Below, piece after piece: positions 25,708 through 40,124 of a DNA stretch of 64,000 nucleotides. Position numbers and translations under genes: made by a program. Below the pieces are notes generated by a model. That model saw only the letters and a program-made list of their open reading frames with translations. It was not told the origin of the DNA and made no database searches. The DNA is from Octopus vulgaris (taxonomy: Eukaryota): NCBI GenBank assembly GCA_951406725.2, contig OX597822.1, forward strand, positions 77,934,001 through 77,998,000, written 5' to 3'. Every line of letters begins with the position of its first letter. Within the stretch, counting starts at the first letter, position 1.

Positions 25708-26469
25708 ATTCCAAGAGAGTTAGAGGTTGTGAATCCAACCAACTAAGGGATAATATCTATCCAATATACTGCTGGTAGAATACCCAATTATTAATGCACA
25801 AGTGTTTTTTCATTGCGTGGCAATTACATTACCGAGTGTAATAAATGGGCGAGGGTAAAAAGTTGTTTTACCCTTAATTTATACAGTAATAAGAAAATAG
25901 AGAGGATCAAGAGGTGGTATTCATCAACTTTTAGACATTATATTATGTCTGTTTATTTATTTTTTAAAAAGACAATTATAGCAATATGCATACATGTATA
26001 ACATATTATGCTTTATATATATAATATATAAAATATAAGAATACCAGTAATTATTAAAATATATAACGTAGAACATATATATACACACACATATACATAT
26101 ATACATACACCTACAAACATACACACATATACACTTAAGCACGGACAGACATGCCAATCACAATAATCGCGCTTGCTCTTGAAAAATATCGTTATCGACT
26201 TCGTCTGTAAGTAATTTGTGCTGCGTGAAAAGTTTGTTTTTATTTGTTGTATATTCACTGTATAATTTGATTTTTATCTGGCAGGATACCATATAATTTC
26301 CGAGCCAAATTATCCAGGTCAAATATGCCTGAACTTCTGAAGTGGTCTTGTTTCTATTTCGTGCTTCCATGCACAACCGAACGCAACTATGCTTGCCTTG
26401 GGTACATAAAGTGCTTGGTTCTAGTTTGTGTGATTTTCTGTTGTGCTGAAATAATTCTAGGTAATAGCA

Positions 26470-27813
26470 GCTAAAGTCACCGAGCTGGCAGAACCGTTAG
26501 AGCGACGGGGAACAATTGCTTTGCGATACTTCTTCCGACTCTTACGGTCTGAGTTCAAACTATACTGCGGTTGATTGAGCCTGTTATCATTTCGGATTCG
26601 ATAAACTAAGTACCTGTCGAATATTGGGGTCGATGTAATCAACAATCCCTTTTCTCTAAAAGTTTCTGTCCCTGCACCAAAATTTGAAATCATTTAAGGC
26701 AACGAACTGACATCGTTAGCACGTTGGACAAATGTTAGCGATATTTTTTCTGACTGATTGTGTTCCGTGTTCAAATTTCGCAGAGGTCAATTTATCTCTC
26801 CGGGATCGATAAGATAGTACCAGTTATACACTAGTGTCGATGTAGACGCCTAATCTCCTTCCCATAAAATTATTGTCTCTGTACCAAATCTTGAAACAAT
26901 TATTTACGTGTATGTTGTGTATACGTACGTATTGGAGATGTTTGCAATGCCTCTATTTGCATGTTTTCATCATTTCCAAGACAATTCCATTAAGGTGCAG
27001 ATGTGGCTGTGGAATTAAGAAACTCGCTTTGCAGCGACGTGGTTTCGCGTTCAGTCCCACTGCATGTCATCGAGGGCAAGTGCGTTCTACTGCAGTCCCA
27101 AGCCGATCGATACCTCGAGAATGAATTCGGTTGTATTCGAAGACAGTTGTTTATATATATATATGTATATATCTTTGTGTGGTTTGCCTGCATATATGTG
27201 TGTATATGTGTGTATGTGTATGCGTGTGTGTGTGTGTGCGTGTGTGTATATGTGTGTTTGTTTGTTTGTGTGTGTGTGTGTATGTGTTTGTTTTGTACCC
27301 CACCGCTTGACAACGGGTGTCGGTCTGTTTACACCTCTGTAACTTAGCACTTGGGCAAAATAGATTAAATATAAACAATCCCGTAAGTACTGGGAGCGAT
27401 TTGCTTGACTAATACTCTTCAAGACAGTGTTCCGGCATGGCCGCTGTCCAATGACTAAAACCATCACAAAATATAAATGAGCAAATAACCACAAAGACAA
27501 CCACAAGACGCTACACATTACATTATATAATTAATTAACATTCGTTGTCATCGCCTGTACTGTCATGAAAATTATAGGCAAATGCATTCACTACAGTTAG
27601 CACTCGGCTAATTATTTCTCTATGGACAGAAGATTGGTGCTATTTATTGATATAGGCTTAATAAGACAAGAAACTAGTCAGACTGATCGTGTAACGATTT
27701 TGTTAATCTTACACATTCAAGGAGACGTAAACACACCAACACCAGTTGTCAAGAAATAATGGGTGGACAAACACAGACACGAAAACATACGCACGTGAAT
27801 ACACCCCCCCCCC

Positions 27814-27868
<55 letters not shown>

Positions 27869-28030
27869 GGGATGTTTTCAATTTCTGTCTACCACATCAA
27901 CTCACAGGGCTTTGGGTCGGTTCCGGAGCTTTAGTAGAAGACACCTGCTGAAGTTGCCACGCAGTGGGACTGAACCCTGAACCATGTAGTTGGGGAGCAA
28001 GCTTCTTACCACACAGCCACTCCTGCACCT
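26470..28030. mobile_element. SINE cluster: old A(+) x2 26470-26900, B(+) 26991-27470, B(-) 27722-28030
   Basis: Matches to the recurrent SINE sequences. Confidence 0.75.
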
Positions 28031-28365
28031 ATATATACATATATACACATAGAGTACATACATGTACACTCACATTGAAGTACATGTATGTGCATAGCCG
28101 TACATAGACAATAAGAGCAGAAGCTGTTTAAATGCCAACTCTGTTACGTGTTATGGAGGTTTGCCGGAGTGTGTACACGTGTGTTTATATGTGGGTATTT
28201 ATGCGTGTTAGCGTATTTATCTTCTCCTTTCTATTAGCTCTTGTGTGAACGTGTGTTTGTGTGTGTGTATGTGTGTGTGTGAGAGAGAGAGAATGTGTTT
28301 AACTCTGTGTGTTAGAGTGAATATGTGTCTAAGTGTGTGTTTGGACGCCATAACAGATCGATACA

Positions 28366-29010
28366 ATGGTGGTGGTAGTGATGTTGATGGTAGTAGTGGC
28401 AGTGGTAGTGGTGGTGGGGACGGTGATCTTGGTAGTGATGACGGTGGTGTTGATGGCGGTGGTGGTGGTGATGTTAATGGTGGTTATGGTCGTGGTGGTG
28501 GTGGTGGTGGTGGTGGTGGTAGTGGTGGTGGTAATGGTGGTGGTAGTGGTGGTGACGGTGGTGATGTTAATGGTGGTTATGGTCGTGGTCGTGGTGGTGA
28601 TGGTGGCGGTGGTGGTGATGGTGGCGGTGGTGGCAGTGGTGGTGGGAACGGTGATCTTGGTAGTGATGACGGTGGTGTTGATGGCGGTGGTGGTGGTGGT
28701 GGTAGTCGTGGTGACGGTGGTGGTGTTAATGGTGGTGGTGGTGATGTTAATGGTGGTTATGGTGGTGGTTATGGTGGTGGTGGTGGTAGTGATGGTGGCG
28801 GTGGTAGTGATTGAAGCGGAAATGATGTTGATGACGGTGGCGGTGGTAGTGATGTTGATGGTGGTGGCGACGGGTAGCTCTACTGGTGATGATGGTGGCG
28901 GTGGCGGTAACAGTTGACGTCGGTGATGGTTGTAACAGCGGTAGTGGTGATGGTAGAGGTAGTGGTGGTTGCGGTGATGCTGATGGTGGTGGCGATAGTA
29001 GAGGCAGCGG
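28366..29010. repeat. (GGT)n-rich compound repeat with higher-order duplicated blocks
   Basis: Repeated blocks ggtgatgttaatggtggttatggt and ggtgatcttggtagtgatgacggtggtgttgatggc. Confidence 0.8.
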
Positions 29011-29294
29011 CGATTGTGACTAGAAAAAAAACATAATAACAAAAAAAAAAGGCGGAAGTTTTTGTCTATTGATGCGACAGAATGCATAGAAGCAACATGA
29101 AATCATTCACTGATATGATAAGCATCAAAGCTGCAAACGAGCCGAACAGACTGCTCCCAGGCTTGGAAAGTGTCCGACGAAACTAATCGATAGTAAAGTC
29201 GATATGGTTTTGCAGTCGCAAGACGAAGGAGAAAAACTAATCGCTACTCCCTGGTATCTCTTATATTGTAGTTTATTTATGCCTTCCTTCATTT

Positions 29295-29380
<86 letters not shown>

Positions 29381-29507
29381 CATCATCATCATCATCATCT
29401 TCATCCTCATTATTATTGTTATTATCATCGCCATCATCATCATTATTATTATCATCATCATTATTATCCTCCTCCTCCTCATCATTATTATTATCATCAT
29501 CATTATC

Positions 29508-29558
<51 letters not shown>

Positions 29559-29670
29559 TTTTTTTTTTTTTTTTTTCTTTTTTGATTTCTGTTTCCATTA
29601 CATTTAAGTTACATTTCCTGATTGGTTGATATTATTCTTATATCTGTTGCTACTGTTGTTATTAGTCATC

Positions 29671-29726
<56 letters not shown>

Positions 29727-30185
29727 AATGATGTTCTGATTGTGGCAGAGTTTTCCTGTTTTTCTCCTTTTTCCTTTTCGATTTTATTGTTCTTCTTGTT
29801 CTTATTAACGTTATTCTGCCTTATCCTTACTTAGTCTAAACATTGCTCTTCTTCTTTTTCTTCTTCTTCTTCTTCTTCTTCTTCTTCTTCTTCTTCTTCT
29901 TCTTCTTCTTCTTCTTCTTCTTCTTCTTCTTCAACATCACCATCACGGCTTTTCACCTCTTTCTCCTCCTCCTCCTCCTTCACCTCAATATTATTTTTAT
30001 CATGAACAAGAATTCCTGTCAAAACCAACACCACTACCGTCATGGTCAACGGCGGCGGTGGCGGCGTCACAGTTTTTTTTTTTTTCTTCATGTGTCTGTT
30101 CTTTTGATGGCAATCTCGTAGTGCACCGAATCGGCCAATATACTTTGATTTCCTGTTTGAAAAGTTAAGCTTCCGTTCTTCACAA

Positions 30186-30246
<61 letters not shown>

Positions 30247-30274
30247 AAAAAGGAGATGTCGAACACGAGTGGTG

Positions 30275-30856
30275 ATATATAAAAAAGGAAATGAAGAAAA
30301 TGCTGACAAATAATTGAAGTAATTTAAGTAATTTAATTAGGTGAAAGTTCTTTTTACCGGTTGCGCATTTGTTATGCTTATCAAAATATAAAAGAGAGAT
30401 TAGAGTCTGTCTCTTATATGTGAAAAAAAGAGGCTCCAGAGTTGTTTTGGATTTGCTTGGTTTCGCGCCTAAAATTTTGATTGGTCATTATGAAGGGGTC
30501 ACGTGAATGTTTGAATGGAAGTTGGTGTTGGGGTAAGAAAAAAGGCCCCAGAGAAGTTAAAATTTGGCGGGACACTAGCTAAATTTTAACTTCTCTGGAG
30601 CCTTTTTCTTACCCCAACACCAACTTCCATTCAAACATTCACGTGACCCCTTCATAATGACCAATCAAAATTTTAGGCGCGAAACCAAGCAAATCTAAAA
30701 CAACTCTGGAGCCTCTTTTTTTCACATATAAGAGACAGACTCTAATCTCTCTTTTATATTTTGATAAGCATAACAAATGCGCAACTGGTAAAAAGAACTT
30801 TCACCTAATTAAATTACTTAAATTACTTCAATTATTTGTCAGCATTTTCTTCATTT

Positions 30857-30870
<14 letters not shown>
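30275..30870. repeat. Near-perfect fold-back inverted repeat (~293-bp arms, ~9-nt spacer) between (TA)n tracts; probable PLE inverted pLTR
   Basis: The arms are reverse-complementary with only a few mismatches; they contain the hammerhead-like TTGATAA-GCAT..ATGC-GCAA-C(C/T)GG-TA. Confidence 0.92.
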
Positions 30871-30887
<17 letters not shown>

Positions 30888-31374
30888 CATACGCAATACA
30901 AGCAAACATACATAGGTTCATAGATTCATATACACACGCATGCATTCATATAAACATCCGTATCTACGTACTTGCACGCATACATACACACATACATACG
31001 TACATACATACATAGGTATATATACATACATACATACATACACACTTCCGCAGCAACGATGATATCGACAGGCTCCATCTTAGAAGAGACAAAGCTAGTG
31101 GAATCTTGAGATCAGTGCAGATAGCCTTCCAATATCGTATGGTATCTCTCAGACAACAATAACAAAAATATATATGCGTAGTAATGAAAAACTGGGAGGA
31201 CAACATCCTATGTGTCGGTAGTGAGCTCCTTAAGAAGTACTCTCTTCTTAACGACCTCCAACACTTCTTCAAATCAGATAGACTTACATAACTCAGAGAA
31301 GCAGAGCATGCCACAAAATATTAAGCATGCCTATGCTTCCCTCAGATTTGAAAATGAGAATAATATCGACATGA

Positions 31375-31996
31375 ATTCTTTTCTACTAAGGCACAAGGCC
31401 CGAAATTTTGGGTGAGGGGTCCAGGCAATTACATCGATCCCAGTATGCAACTAGTACTTAATTTATCGACCTCAAAAGGATGAAAGGTAAAGCTGACGTC
31501 GGCGGAATTTGAACTCAGAACGTAGCGACTGCTAAGCATTTCACCCGGCGTGCTAACGTTTCTGCCAGTTCGCTGCCTTAGTGCGTCCATGAAATATCCT
31601 TTTCTATTTTAGGCACAAGGCTCGAAATTTTGGGGGGACGGGGCCAGTCGATTAGATCGACCCCAGTATGCAACTGGTACTTAATTTATCGATCCCGAAA
31701 TGATGAAAGACAAAGTCGACCTCGGAGGAATTTGAACTCAGAATGTAAAGACAGACGAAATACCTATTTCTTTACTGTCCACAAGGGGCTACACATAGAG
31801 GGGACAAACAAGGACAGATAAACGGATTAAGTCGATTATATCGACCCCAGTGTGTAACTGGTACTTATTTAATCGACCCCGAAAGGATGAAAGGCAAAGT
31901 TGAACTCGGCAGAATTTGAACTCAGAACGTAGCGGCAGACGAAATACTGCTAAGCATTTCGCCTGGCGTGCTAACGTTTCTGCTAGCTCACCGCTT

Positions 31997-32067
<71 letters not shown>

Positions 32068-32284
32068 TAATGGTTTCAAATTTTGTCACAAGGACAGTAA
32101 TTTTGGGGGAGGAGATGAACCGATTACATCGACCCTAGTGTTCAACTGATACTTAATTTATCGACCCCGAAGGATGAAAGGTAAAGCTGACTTCGGCGGA
32201 ATTTGAAAGCAGAACGTAGCAATGGATGAAATACAGCTAAGCATTTCGTCCAGCGCACTCACGATTCTGCCAGCTCACCGCCTT
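31375..32284 (-). mobile_element. Tandem array of family A SINEs
   Basis: Several reverse-strand family A cores (ggatgaaaggcaaagtcgacctcggcggaatttgaactcagaacg). Confidence 0.85.
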
Positions 32285-32459
32285 AATACCGACAGGAATT
32301 GCAGCCTCCCTTGGACGTGTTGCCGCTACATCACATCGCACTTGGAAGGTTATGCGTTTGTAATCCAAGAATAGGAGATTGCTATAAAATTAATAATAAA
32401 CAAAAGAGACAGCGAAGCCCTTGGAGCATCAAGTGAAAATGTCGATTACGTTACATTTC

Positions 32460-32923
32460 TTTGGAAGATATCAAAGCTATCTTTTCGTGGAAGAAGGTTT
32501 ATGTTCCTATAACCTGTATTAATTCTGTAACCCTTTAAAATGGAAGATAAGAAAGTTCATTTTCGGTACTTGATGCTTTGGGAACCAGACGAAAATTGCT
32601 GCAGCTCGGTTGGGATGTGTTACCCCACCCTCCTTATTCACCAGATATTGCTCCTTCGGATTTCCACTTATTCAGGTCTCTGCAGAATAGCCTTAATGGT
32701 AAAAATTTCAATTCCTTGGATGACGTAAAAAGCTACCTTGATGAATTCTTTGCCATGAAACCACCTCAATTCTGGGAAGAGGGTATTTTCAAGTTAAACG
32801 AATGATGGATACGCATTATGCAACAAAATGGTTCATATCTGGTTGATTAAAAATGTAATGGCAAGTATTTATTGATCTTTTCCTTTCCTTTAAAAATCGG
32901 CACGAACTTTCCAGACAAACCAA
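32460..32923 (+). mobile_element. Internally deleted mariner element
   Basis: N-terminal MEDKKVHFRYLML joined to the C-terminal GWDVLPHPPYSPDIAPSDFHLFRSLQN; right TIR ..GAACTTTCCAGACAAACCAA|TA. Confidence 0.88.
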
Positions 32924-32927
32924 TATT

Positions 32928-33468
32928 ATAGGCACAAGGATTGAAATTTGGGGATAGTGGGTTAGTCGATTACATCGACCTCAGTGTTACACTGGTACGC
33001 AATTTATCGACCCCGAAGGATGGAAGGCAAAGTCAACCTCGGCGGAATTTGAAATCACAACGTACTGACGGACGTATTGCGGCTAAACATTTAGCACGGC
33101 TTGCTAACGATTCTGCCAATGAAAATGAAAATAAAAACTGTCTTGGAATGAATATAGAGAATTCTTCTGTTGTTGAACAGACATAAATATCAACGCAGAG
33201 CATGTTAGTGAGATGTTTGAATAAAAAAAAGAAAAAAAAAACCTGTCAAGTGCAAGCATAACAGACTGGATGTAGTTCTCAAGTTCAACAACATATGACT
33301 TTGTTTTTAGTTACCTATATTCCAAACATAGAGTACTGTATCTTTGTTGAAAACGAATAATTAAAAATAGAACATACATGCACACGAACACAAACATACA
33401 TCATTACACACGCACGCACATGCATGCATGCATACATACATACATACATACATACATACATACATACA

Positions 33469-33502
<34 letters not shown>

Positions 33503-36160
33503 CATACATACATACTTTCCAGAAGTTTATCATTTAAATATATATGATCATGTCTAGATATGCAACTATATGCATGAGAATACATACATAAACAAAACAT
33601 ACAAATCTGCACACATACATACACGCATACATACATACATACATACATACATACATACATACATACATACATACATACATACATACATACATACATACAT
33701 ACATACATACATACATACATACAAAAATACCTTGTTGTTGATGTTGAAATTCTACTGAAGGATCTAGGTTAGAAACCGGCTCTTTCTCTATTGGCAAGAT
33801 ATCTTGTTATAAAACTGAACAATCACTTGCATACATATATATAGGCATACATAAATGACAGCCGCTTTAAGTGGGAATTGAACCGGTGAGTGTATTAAAT
33901 AATAAGGCATTAAAACGGAATCTCTCTCCCCAGGAACAATAACATGTGTGTGTGTTTATCCCCTACCATCGTCTGACAACCGGTGTTGGTGTACATACGT
34001 CTCCGTAACCAAACGGTTCGGCAAAGAGACTTATAAACTAAGTACCATGCTTAAAAGTTAATAAATAATAAGTACTGGGGTCGTTTCAGTCGACTAAGCA
34101 AAATTCATGGCGGTGCCCCAGTATGGCTGCAGTCTAATGACTGAAACAAGTAATAGAGATAAAGAGATACTGGAACGAAATCTGACCAAATTGAAATCAG
34201 TTTCGAATTAAACACAGATCAGTAATCATTATTCCAACACTATGTTTGGTAACGCAAGGCAACCGGGCGAAATGCTGAGCGGTATTTTGTCTGCGGTTAC
34301 GTTCTGAGTTCAAATTCCGCCGAGGGCGACTTTACCTTTCATCCTTTCAGGGTCGATTAAATAAGTACCAGTTACGCACTGGGGTCGATATAATTGACTT
34401 AATCCGTTTGTCTGTCCTTGTTTGTCCACTCTGTGGTTAGCCCCTTGTGGGTAGTAAAGAAATAGGTATTTTGTCTGTCTTTACGTTCTGGGTTCACATT
34501 CCTCCGAGGTCGACTTTGCCTTTCATCCTTTCGGGGTCGATAAATTAAGTACCAGCTGCATACTGGGGATCGATCTATTCGACTGGCCACCTCCCCCAAA
34601 ATTTCAGGCCTTGTACCTAGAGTAGAAACGAATTTGTTTGGTAACGCGATTTCTTTTCAACACTCGAAGCTACCAAAGCTGTTATAAATGAGTGCTCTAA
34701 ATATCTTTATCGTTTTTCTTCATCTTTTACCGGTTTCAGTCATTGGACTACGGCCATGCTCGGGCACCCCCGCGAAGGGCTTCGGTGCAAAAAAAAAATC
34801 TGAGCACTTGTATTTTTTGTTGGTTTTTAAAATCTGATAACTTATTTTATCGCTCTCTTTTATCGAATCGCGAAGTTGCGGGAACGTAATGAAACTAAAA
34901 CCAGTTAGCAAGTGGTGGTGGTGGAGGTGGGGATCAAACACAAGCACAATACGCTCACACACATGCGTACGCGCACGCACATATACTACAGTCTTCCACT
35001 CAGTTTCCGTTTGCTATCAACCAAATTCACTCATGTAGTATTGGTCGGCCTGGAGCTTTAGTATGGGTTCCCATAAGGATTTGATACACTTGCTTATATA
35101 ATGGTGAAAAAATTAGGGCTTTTGACAAGCGGTGTTGGTTTGCTTACGTCACCGTAACTCAGCGGTTAGGCAAAAGAGGCCGATACAAGAAATACCTGAC
35201 TTAACAATAAAGTAGTGGGGGTCGATTTGTTCCAATAAACCCTTCAATGAGGAGACTTAGCATGGCCGTAGTCCAATGCCCTGAACACGTAAAAGAAGAA
35301 CAAATGTGTGTGTGTGTGTGTGTGTGTATGTGAGTTCAATTTGGCTGTGTTTCCCTCAGTGTGTGTGTCTATATGTATTTGTGTGTGTGCGAGGATGAAG
35401 ATGATTGTGGTGGTGGTAGTGGTGCTGCTGCTGGTGGTGGTGATTGTAGTAGTGGCGGTGGTGGTACTGTTTTGTTCGTGCGTGTACGTATAAGAAATGG
35501 GGCGGAATGGAATCGGTAAATCAATGTTAGCGACAACGAAACCAATCTGACAATAAGGTAAAGGATGTTGTAAAGAGAAGAGGAGGGGGGGAGGGCTGGG
35601 GGTCAAAATACGAGAAATATTGATTAACTAAAAGAGACACGTTTCGAAGAGAAAGTCGCTGCTGCAGATGTTGTTGCTGTTGTTGTTGTTGTTAGGTCCG
35701 AGCTCAGAATCGATAGAATAGATCTATTTTCAAAACATTCAAGTTGTGACCTGCCTGTCTTTATATATACACAACATACATATCTATGCATACATGCATG
35801 TATGTATGTATGCATGCATGTATGTATGTATGTATGTATATGTGTATGTATGTGTGTATGTATGTGTGTATGTATGTATGTATACATATATACATACACT
35901 TGTATGTATGTACATATGCATATATACATACACACATGCACACACACGTGCACACATGCATGTTTTATCTTCTATCTTTTACCTTTTCCAGCCTGTAAGA
36001 CTTTGGCCATGCTGGAGTACTGTCTTGAATGATTTAGTTGAACACATGAGCCGCAGGACTTTCTTATAGAATAGAACTTATTCTCGGGCTCTCTTTTGGA
36101 CGTAAACGGACCGACATCGGTTATCATGTGATGGTGGGGAACAAATAAAAGCACAAAGAT
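32928..36160. mobile_element. SINE-rich tract: A(-) 32928-33118, B tail(+) 33945-34165, A(+) 34262-34630, B(-) 34720-35060, B tail(+) 35120-35300, B(-) 35975-36160
   Basis: Matches to the recurrent SINE sequences, interspersed with microsatellites. Confidence 0.75.
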
Positions 36161-36299
36161 ACACACACACGCGCGTGCGCACATACAAACGTATAAATAA
36201 TTAATTAAAAAGACGGAGAGACAAGAAAAAAAGAAACAACACGAGGACGTAGTATGCTAAGTATTAATGAAACAACCAGAGAAGGAAAGAAAGAATGGT

Positions 36300-36336
36300 T
36301 GTTTTACGTTTCGAGCAAAGTTCCTCTTCAGAAACA
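36300..36336 (-). ncRNA. Minimal type-I hammerhead ribozyme motif
   Basis: TGTTT-CTGAAGA-G-GAACtttGCTC-GAAA-CGTA-AAACA: intact core, 5-bp stem I, GUA triplet, one stem II mismatch. Confidence 0.65.
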
Positions 36337-36686
36337 GGAGACATAGGAAAGTCCAAAAGAAAAGGAAGAAGGAGGAAAAAAAAGTCGCCAAGCTTATTAT
36401 TTCCTATGTTCCTGCCTCAAGGCTTTCACTCTACACACGCCAGCTGAATTTGATTCGTCTTGATGAGTAGAAAGACACCTGTTGTTATTATTTCCTTGTT
36501 GCTTAGATTGTTGGGGCCAGCCAGATTTGAACAGTCTCAAGCGTAACCGGCCGGCCGAAACTGTAAGGATGATTTGAAAACTTGACTGATGAAAGAAGAC
36601 TGCGAATGACCCGTCCATGTTTTTTCCTGTCCGTCTTTGTATCGCCTATCTGTCCGGATGTTTTATTGTCGTCTGTTGCGTTCTTG

Positions 36687-36795
<109 letters not shown>

Positions 36796-37039
36796 TGTAT
36801 GTATATATAGGAAGCTTCTACATAGTTTCCGTCAAACAAATTCACTCACAAGGCACTAGTCATCCAAGAAGACATTTACCCTAGCTGCCACTTGGAACTG
36901 AACCCGAAACCGTGTGATAGCAAATTGAGCTTCTTAACCACACAGCGATGCTTGCATACTCCTACACACACTTGTATATACAATCTCGACCAGACCATCA
37001 GATGAGGTTATATACCGCTGGTCATGATGCGCTTCCAAT

Positions 37040-37515
37040 TTTGTCTAGATTCTTTTCCATTTGCTCCCAAACTGCTTAACTAAATCGTCTACCCATTATC
37101 GTCGTGGAAACCTCCCAAGGGGCATTTCCCGATCTTTTGGATACTACTCAGTAACTGCACAGGTCCACCTGTTGTCTGTGTTCCTTACGACGTGTCCGGT
37201 TCAGCGGAACTTTTGCTTTCTGTATTCTGCGACCACATCATTCATTCCGCTCTGTTATCGAATTATCTCATCTGGAATATATTCATGTGATGAAAATCCT
37301 AGCATGGATCTTTCCATCATCCCTCGTATCGTAGCCAATCGATGTTCTATCCTCTTCGTAACAGCCCACGTCTCACTTACCATTCAGAACTCAGGTAGGA
37401 CGGTGCCATTGAAGTGTCTGACACGTATAATATTGTTTAGCTTTGTTTTGATCACGCCCTTCATGGAGTTAAACGCCTTCGATTCTTCACTTACTAAATT
37501 AGTGATGTATTAACA
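37040..37515 (-). mobile_element. RTE-clade LINE 3' fragment
   Basis: The minus strand encodes GHVVRNTDNRWTCAVTE*YPKDREMPLGR, matching the RTE C-terminal WAGHV.R..D.RW motif. Confidence 0.65.
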
Positions 37516-38145
37516 GTGTTTGGTTTCATTGCTATACTACAGAACATATCTATAAATTCTTTAGCAACATTGTACAATGATGATTACATTGTGCAATGAC
37601 GACTGTAAGCAAATTGTACATATTTTTTTGAAAATTAATGAAAAAGACAATAAGAGTACGAAGAAGGAATTTACTTCCCTTGAAAATGAAACCTGAGGAA
37701 GAGTAATTCATCTCCTATGAATAAAATCCCATTTTTTTTTTGTGAAAAGAAGCCCCTGGCCCCCCTCTCCAGTGAGGTATCTACCTCCGGTGAAGGGGAG
37801 CTCATTTCTCATGAAGACTGATCCTTCTCCTCCCCAAATGGAATGCATTTCACAGCTCTTCTCAAAGACAAGTTACTGATGTAGAACATATATCAGATGT
37901 AAGAAGACGAGCCAAACGAAGTACGAATTAATAAATAATAAAATAAATAAACAAATAAAACTACACACAAAACTAACATATTTCGGATGTGTGCTCGCCT
38001 AGCAAGTTACTTGATCTGTGACCGTGTTGAAGCTAAAACAATTACAACAGGTAACACACATGTTAGCCTTTCAAAAACACGCAAAATAAGTTAATTTCAT
38101 TTAAAAATTCATTATTTAGTGTCAAAATTTCTTTCGCACCATATA

Positions 38146-38555
38146 ATCCTTTCTGCTCTAAGCACAAGGCTTGAAATTTGGGGGAGGGCGATAATCGATT
38201 ACATCGATCCCAGTGATTTACTGGTGCTTAATTTATCACCCCCGAAATGGATGAAAGTCGACCTCGGCGGAATTTGAACTCACAACGTTCTTTTCTTTTC
38301 TACTCTAGGCACAAGGCCCGAAATTTTTAGGGGAGGGGGCCAGTCGATTAGATCGACCTCAGTGCGCAATTGGTACTTGATTTATTGACCCCGAAAGGAT
38401 AAAAGGCAAAGTCGACCTCGGAGGAATTTGAACTCAGAACGTAGCGACGGGCGAAATACTGCTAAGCATTTCTCCCGACGTGCTAACGATTCTACCAGCT
38501 CACCACTTTATCACTGAAAGAATGACACAAATACGCTTGCCTGAACTGCATGTAA

Positions 38556-38589
<34 letters not shown>

Positions 38590-38940
38590 GTAAATGAGTA
38601 AATGTGTATGTGTGTGTGTGTGTGTGTGGTGAAGGCGCATGGCTTAGTGGTTAGGGTATTCGACTTACGATTGTTAGTTCGTGAGTTCGATTCTCTGCCG
38701 TGTGTTGTGTAACTGAGCAAGACACTTTATTTCATGTTACTCTAGTCCATTCATCTGGCAAAAATGAGTTGTACCTGCATTTCAAAGGGTCGGCCTTGCC
38801 ACACTTTGTGTCACGCTGAATCTTCCTGAGAACTACGTTAAGGGTACGCGTGTCTGTGGAATGCTCAGCCACTTGCATGCCCAATGCCTTACAAATGAAC
38901 TTTGTAGACGGTAACTCAAAGAAGCCCACCGCATATGTGT

Positions 38941-38973
<33 letters not shown>

Positions 38974-40010
38974 TCCAGTTCAAAATGCGTCTTCAAAACT
39001 TATCTTAAAATCAATATTATGTAAAGCTTTCATTTTTTTCCCCCGATGTACGATATTAAATTGTAGCTTTGAACTTAAAGTAATATGAACAACTGTGCAT
39101 GTAATATCTATTAAATAATATTTGAGAAAACACTTCAAACGAAAAGAAAAAAAAGTCAAGCTTTTAATAAATATAACATACACAAGCTAGATTACAAAAA
39201 ACCAATTTACTTATTTCAACAAAACGAATGAACTTATCTGTAAATTAGATGAAATATTGCAAAGTATTACATTACTTAAAAGAGAGTTTATAATTAGCGG
39301 GTTCCGTACATGTGTGTGTGCGTGTTTGTACTACTTGAACGTTAGCTCAGTGGACTAGTCAATATAATACAGGGTTTAAGGCGACGAGCTGGCAAAAACA
39401 TTAGCACGTCGGGCGAAATGTGTAGCGGTATTTCGTCTGTCTTTACGTTCTGAGTTCAAATTCCGCCGAGGTCGACTTTGCCTTTCATCCTTTCGGGGGG
39501 TCAATAAATTAAGTACCAGTTACGCACTGGGGTCGATCTAATCGACTTAATCCCTTTGTCTGTCCTTGTTTTTCCCCTGTATGTTCAGCCCCTTGTGGGC
39601 AATAAATAAAAAACGTTAGCACTTCGGGTGAAATGCTTAGCGGTATTTCGTCTGTCTTTACGTTCTGAGTTCAAATTCCACCGAGGTCGACTTTGCCTTT
39701 CATCCTTTCATGGTCGATAAATTAAGTACCAGTTGAGAACTCGGGACGATCTAATCGATTGGCCCCTACACCCGCTCCCCCAAAATTTAGGGCTTTGTGC
39801 CTAGAACAGAAAAGAATATAATATCCGGTCTGAGAGCGGTGAGCTGGCAGAATCGTTAGCACGCTGGGCAAAATGCTTAGCAACATTCGTCTTCACGTTC
39901 AAATTCCGCCGAAGTCGATTTTACCTTTCATAGAATAATTACAAATTGAACACTGGGGTCAATGTAATAGACTTATTCCCACCCCGAAGTTGCTGGCCTT
40001 ATGTCATTTT
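38146..40010. mobile_element. SINE cluster: A(-) 38146-38506, C(+) 38632-38880, A dimer(+) 39378-39815, A(+) 39836-40010
   Basis: Matches to the recurrent SINE sequences. Confidence 0.8.
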
Positions 40011-40124
40011 TTTAAAAATCAATATAATACCGGGTTTGTTGAAGTCATTTTATAACTTCAATATAATTGAGACGTTCATAAGCGTGTGACTTGAAGGAGA
40101 GTTGTTGCTGTCGACAGTCTACAA

